DNA of 64,000 nucleotides from Eledone cirrhosa (taxonomy: Eukaryota), in the NCBI GenBank assembly GCA_964016885.1, contig OZ024740.1:116126001-116190000 (forward strand), written 5' to 3'. The stretch's first letter is position 1. Each line of letters starts with the position of its first letter. Made by a program: the position numbers and the translations under genes. Under the pieces are notes generated by a model that did not search any database, was not told the origin of the DNA, and was given only the letters and a program-made list of their open reading frames with translations. Shown piece after piece: positions 58,129-64,000 of this stretch.

Positions 58129-59611
58129 GGCAACACTCATCTTTTTCCATTTTTCCGAGGGTTATAAACCCCACTATCAGGCTAGAAATTTCTTTAGTCT
58201 GAAATACGGTGAAAGCTTATAATTTCTAATTTCTAATTTCAAACTCGCGCACCGTTTCAAAAACATACTTACATGTTTACGTTTATAATTTGCTTGTATA
58301 TATATATATGTAAAATTGGTGAATTTGAAGTTATTAGAACGTCGGATAGAATACCTCGCGATATTTGTTCCGACATTTTGTGGTCTGTTCAAATACTGCT
58401 AAGATCAACTTTATTTTTCATCAATTTAAGATCGATAAATAAAGTATCAGTTCAATACTAGGGCTGATTTTTCCTTTGTATTTCTTCCTCACTTCCTTTT
58501 ACTCGCCGGAGAAGGATGTACCTAGGTGTACATATATATATATTATTAGTAGGATTAAAAGTTTGACCAAACAATTTCTGATTTCACTCTATCCGGGGTC
58601 AACTGAAACTGAGAAATATCAATCTGTAGATGTAGAAGTAAATGTCTTTCTATTTTCTAAAGGCAATATTTGGTCGTCTTAATTTTGGAATATTTACTTT
58701 TGCGTCCCCAGATCAGATTGATATTTCTCAGTTTAAGAAGATTCCGCTTCGGGTGAAAGCAGATATTATTTGTTTAAACTTTTAATCTGACTAATAATAA
58801 ATATTTTCTCTACGGGTTTATATATATATATAGACAGTTCAAGAGTAAACCAATCTTAAATAGAGAGATAGAAGTAGGATAGGAGAGATTGGTGACGGTG
58901 TTAGAAGCCAAAGCTTAAAAGCAAGTGCTCGATGTGCAATATGCAGTGGAAAGCAGTTGGAAAACTGGATTCATGCTGAGGTTAGGTGTACAGAGCTGGA
59001 AATATTCAGTAGTTAAGCAAATCAAGACCACAAATTCACATAGAATACATTAGTAACAGAGTATCAACATTAAGTGCAGTTTAATATAGAAAGAGGATAG
59101 TAATGTCAGTTCAGAATTGTTTCACTACTCCATATAATGTTTCTGAATCAATCGACGGTAAGAAAGTTATTGATTTGGTGCAGAGAAATATAAGTAACAT
59201 ACATGTAGAATAATATTATGGAGCAGATCTTCGGAACTTGGGGAAATATAATGAGATTATTACTATATATAAAGCAGAAATAAAAATAAAATGGGAGGGT
59301 TACGTGTCCGTAATGAATCCTCAGATTAGCAACTCCCTAGATGGGGCACCATGGCACTGGAGAATTTCATGTGTATGGTATAAATAAACATTAGATGTTT
59401 GTCGAGGTTGAAAGTAAACACTGCTGCCTATCACATACCAAAATGGGTTCCTGTAGGAAAACTATCTAATTGTATAGAGATGGCTTTCAAGGGAGGTAAC
59501 TCCTTGGAGAGCCAAGAATCCCACTAGGAGCTGTAACCAATGTAGAGTAGGGAGGTAGCTTATAGGTATAGTTGGAGTGGGATTTGTAGCTAAGATAATG
59601 CCAGGGAGGTA

Positions 59612-61208
59612 ACTTATCTTACTAACAACCTATATTACCCTTATCATAAACCAGGTGAAATACTTACTTAAATTAGCCCATACTCTAACCACCCCCCGGC
59701 AGTCATCTGAGCGGTCATGAAGTCTATCTCATATAGGATTTCCTTGCTATCCGCCAATGAGGAGATATTTAATGCCCATGCGGCATATTATAATAAGGCC
59801 CTTTCTGAATCTGGTTATACACAATCTATCTACTACATACCTAAAGGCCATAACACAGAACTTCACCACAACCCCAATAACTGTAACACTAGAACTAGAA
59901 ACATATTAGCATTTAGTCAGATTTGCCGGAATTCTAGGCCTACCTATACCTATACAGGTAATCGTAATAGTGGCAGAGGCCTACTCCCTACTCCTAGTAA
60001 CAGACTAAGAATCATCCCTAGATTAAGACATGATAATAGGCCGACCATTAGCAAGCATACTGGCAATAATAACCCTAGTAATGCCCCCGCCAGCTCTGCT
60101 AGACCCCATAGACGCAACAGACCTAGAAAAATTCCCTGGCTTAACCCTCCCCCCCCCCCCTTCTCATCTAATGTAGCTACCAACATCCCTAAATGCTTTT
60201 TCTCCATCCTATCTAACCCCCCCCTCCCAACCATAGATATTACAAGCTCTTTAATAAAAACAATATGAAAATCTCCTCCACTACACCGAACCTAGCTAGC
60301 CACATCACATTTAGCAACTATCATAAACTAAAAAAATATAGCTCCCCGCCTGCGCCCCCCCCCCCCCCCCCATAAGTACTCCACGTAGCCGTACCAATAC
60401 TCATCGTAATAACAGAACACCCCCCCCCCTCCAATCCCACTAGTACACACCATCTGCATAGTTTAAACAACCCTACTCCTACTAATCGCAACCGTAATTG
60501 CAACTGCCGTAACCCCACTGCGTGCCCACTTAACGGCCAGTGCCTTACGCCCAATATCGTATATAGGTGCAGGGTTAGAACGGCCTCATCCACTAGCTCT
60601 TATATTGGCTCTACATCAAACCCCTTTAAGGTTCGCTATAATGCGCACTCATTTTCCTTCCGCGACCCTAGCAATAGATGCTCAACCTCTCTAACTAGGC
60701 TCATTAAAAACCTTAGACTAGCCAACATTGAACATTCAATAGCTTGGGATATCTTAGCTAGATCTCCTGCGTTTAAAGGGAGAAAAAACTCTTGCGATCT
60801 CTATCTTACCGAGGCCTACCACATAATTTTGTCAAGCCCCCCCCCCCCCCCATCAATGACAGGAACGAGTTGGTCATCAACTTCCACCACCGCAGAGCGA
60901 GTTCCTTCGCCAACAGAATATTCGACCCTGCTTAGCCTATCCTTTAGTCATGTTCCTCCCTAAAACTAACAAATTAATGACATCATTAGTCCACCACATA
61001 AGTACCTATAAGTTACCATCCTGGCATTATCTTAGCTACAAATCCCACTGCAACTATACCTATAAGCGACCTCACTACCCTACCTTGGAGTTACTGTAGG
61101 TTCACCCGGGTGACCACTCGATGTTTAGGTTCACGTCGGTATCGAGGTGTAGAGTTAGACAGATTGTAATATAATAAAACAAGGACGAATGGTTACTAGG
61201 AGTAACCA
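59612..61208 (+). pseudogene. 5'-truncated PLE (RT C-terminus plus GIY-YIG, coding remnant to ~60934), same clade as 22330-23680
   Basis: YYPYHKP..SNHPPA..SISYRISLLSANEEIF..YNKAL..SGY; WLNPP.FS.NVATN; CNCRNPTACPLNGQCL..IVYRC..YIGSTSNPFKVRYNAH..WDILARS..CDL. Confidence 0.85.
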
Positions 61209-63371
61209 TATATATATATATAGAGAGAGAGAGGGGGGGGGTAAAAGAGGGATAGGGGAAAAATCGACGCCAGTACTGGACTCGCACTCTTTTTACTGAC
61301 CTCGAATAGATGAAAGACAAAGTTTACCTCGATGGGATTTAAATTTGGAATGCAGAGAAGCTGAACAAATTCCTCAAAACATTCTATCCGATGTTCTAAC
61401 GTCACCTATTCACTTCACTTTATATTTATGAAATATTTAGAGGTGTCAAAACTGTAGTCGTACAGTTTTCGAAATTTTGACAAGAAATAATTGATAAATG
61501 TAAATTTAATATTACAGTTATTGTGTATGTGTGTTTAAATAGCTAAAACAATCCTCTATTATGTAATTGAATACTTTATTATTAACTACTTTACGTTCGC
61601 AATGATATGTTCTTTATTTGAAAATAATCTAAGAGATATTTGAAGCACATTCATTTCAAATTAATTTGTAATTTCCGCTGAAAATTCCGGTACAGATAAA
61701 GTATTATAATAATCAATTTTGGAAACCATGATGGATTGGGTAGTATCTAGTGGTATTAAGATTATAAGGCCGTAGGTTCAATTCCTGGACCGGGTAACTT
61801 GTTGTTATCTTGATGAAAATACTGTATTCACGTTTATCTTTTTGCCATTGCTTTGTTCAGGTTCACTGCATTTTTGAATTCAAATCTCCCCGTGGGTAAC
61901 TTTGCCTTTCATCGTTTCGATGTCATTAAATCAAGTAACGGAAATATCCGGAACAAGGTATCTCATCATATGCTCTACCAATTCTGCAGATCTATTGATC
62001 TTGGAGAGGCAAAAGGCAAAGTGGATCTCGGTGAGATTTGAACTTAGACCGCAAAGAGACGGAAGAAATACCACAAGCTTTACATTCTTCATCTGTTAAG
62101 ATAAAATAGTAATTTCTGAATGATCATGCTCATGATGAAAACATTTTTCAAATTGTATTCATCTGTTTAAATCCCTTGTTAGTCTAGTTCAGCCTTTATT
62201 TCGGTGCAAAATGAAAAAAAGAAAAATGACATTCGTAAATTCAACGAAAGTGCTTTTATGGTTTACACAGCACACAGAGTACAACTATGATAAACAGGAA
62301 ATCATCAGAGATGAATTTAAAATTGTTTGGATTTGATATAAGATCTTATAGATATGATTACTCTTCCATGTTTATATAGCCAACGAACGCTGATATGTTT
62401 TAAAGAATGGAAAAGGATTTCTTTTGTGTGGTTTTCAAAGAATATTTAGCTATGTTTAGTGTGAATTGGGTGCAACTGTCAGTTGTCTAGGGTCAAGTGT
62501 CAATTGTGAAAAGAAGCCTCAAATTTTAATTGTCAGAGTGAACTACCTCGTGCTGAGCCTCTGTTATATTTTGCAATTCTCTTGCATCGCCTTTTCTATC
62601 TGTTAAAAGGAGTAACTATTACACGAGGCAGTATCATTATGGGAGCAATAGATGGGTTATGTTCTCAAGAACCCAGAAAAAAGGGAGATAATGTTATTTT
62701 TATTTTATTATTCATATAGATGGGATTCCCTTTAACCCGTATCACACGAAGGCGGCTGAAACCGCCCTAGCTTTATGACAAAAACTGCCAATTTTAAAGA
62801 GTTCATATTTATATAAAGACATACCACTATGATTATATTTAAGTAATTGGTCCAAACATTGGCTTACTATAAAAAAAATCAGTTATTTTATTAAATTCCT
62901 CCAAACGTTTTATATATTTTTAGAAATTAATTTTTTTATGGCTTGTTATTTCAAAAATCCAACTTTTTATTACTTTTTTATGACGTAGACAAGTGTGAAA
63001 TACATTGGCATAAGAGTTTACAAAGACTTCCGCCATTACTGTGACGCCATGCAAGATAATGACGTCACACAATAAAATGACATCAGACAATGGCGTTACA
63101 CATAAATGACATCAGACAATGGCGTTACACATAATCTTCGTTAGTGTTTTGACGAAAAGAGCAGAGAAGGAAAAGAAAAAAAAAATGAATTAGACAACGA
63201 AAGAAAAGGAAAGGGGAGGGAGCGACAGACCCTACATCCCAGTCAGAGCAGTATGTTTCAGCTGCGTCCCGCGGAGAGTGGCCAGCACATAATCGTTACA
63301 ACAACCACCCTACCTCGCAGAAGTCCTTCTTCAGGCGGGTGATGTCTTACCGATTTTGCAGTATCTGTTAG

Positions 63372-63449
<78 letters not shown>

Positions 63450-64000
63450 AAGAGAGAGAGTCGGGTTGTCAGCGACTACACCGGCAGCCCCACCAAGCTT
63501 GCTTGGTGAGGAGGGTGATTTTGGACACTCTGCGGGTTGAAAACACAAAGCACGTGAAAGAGCAGAGGAACTCAGGAGAGTCAACGCCCATCCAATAAAT
63601 TCTCTATATATTTTTTTTATATACATATCATACAAATGATGTACCGCTCACAGCTAAAATGATTTAGGTTTTTCAACAATTTATGACATTTTTAAACGAA
63701 AGGTCCATTTAATGCAATTCATGGCTGAATTTGTTGTTGGTGTATGGCAAATATTTTAAAGCTTTCAGAGTAGATGTAATCTAGTGCTGTGATCAACAAT
63801 TGTTTTTACGATTCGAACTCAAATATTATTGAAAGACTTGTAAAGAACCCTTAAAATTGATATTTCACGATTACTGAGAAACTTATAAATAACTCTTAAA
63901 TTAGATGATATAAACAATATATATATTTCAAAACCATGTCATGGAATTTACTACTGATTAGCACTTTATTGACAGAGTTAAAATATTACATCTACGAGAA

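Noticed and set aside
58830-59420. Possible CR1/L2 RT remnant on the minus strand
   Set aside because: Motifs too decayed to call by eye

Overview
AT-rich eukaryotic non-coding DNA saturated with (TA)n, (CA)n and (GA)n microsatellites. The SINE families and repeat landscape suggest an octopus or other coleoid cephalopod; this is an inference from recalled repeat families. I can support no host protein-coding gene. Recognisable content is transposon-derived: Penelope-like element (PLE) RT and GIY-YIG fragments, including a nearly intact 5'-truncated copy at ~35.4-37.05 kb; RTE-, Ingi/Vingi-, L1/Tx1- and RLE-type LINE fragments; a cluster of minus-strand Helitrons at 41.3-47.8 kb, one retaining STPR/Zn-finger and PIF1 helicase ORFs but lacking Rep; Tc1/mariner-type MITEs; and many tRNA-derived SINEs. 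The strongest unexplained structure is a set of short, mostly non-coding elements next to (TA)n tracts. Several unrelated families carry minimal type-I hammerhead ribozyme (HHR) motifs (CUGANGA..GAAA..UH), and many are arranged as long fold-back palindromes, so the ribozyme motif occurs on both strands. Coordinates were read by eye; element boundaries are approximate, while HHR cores were counted to the base.
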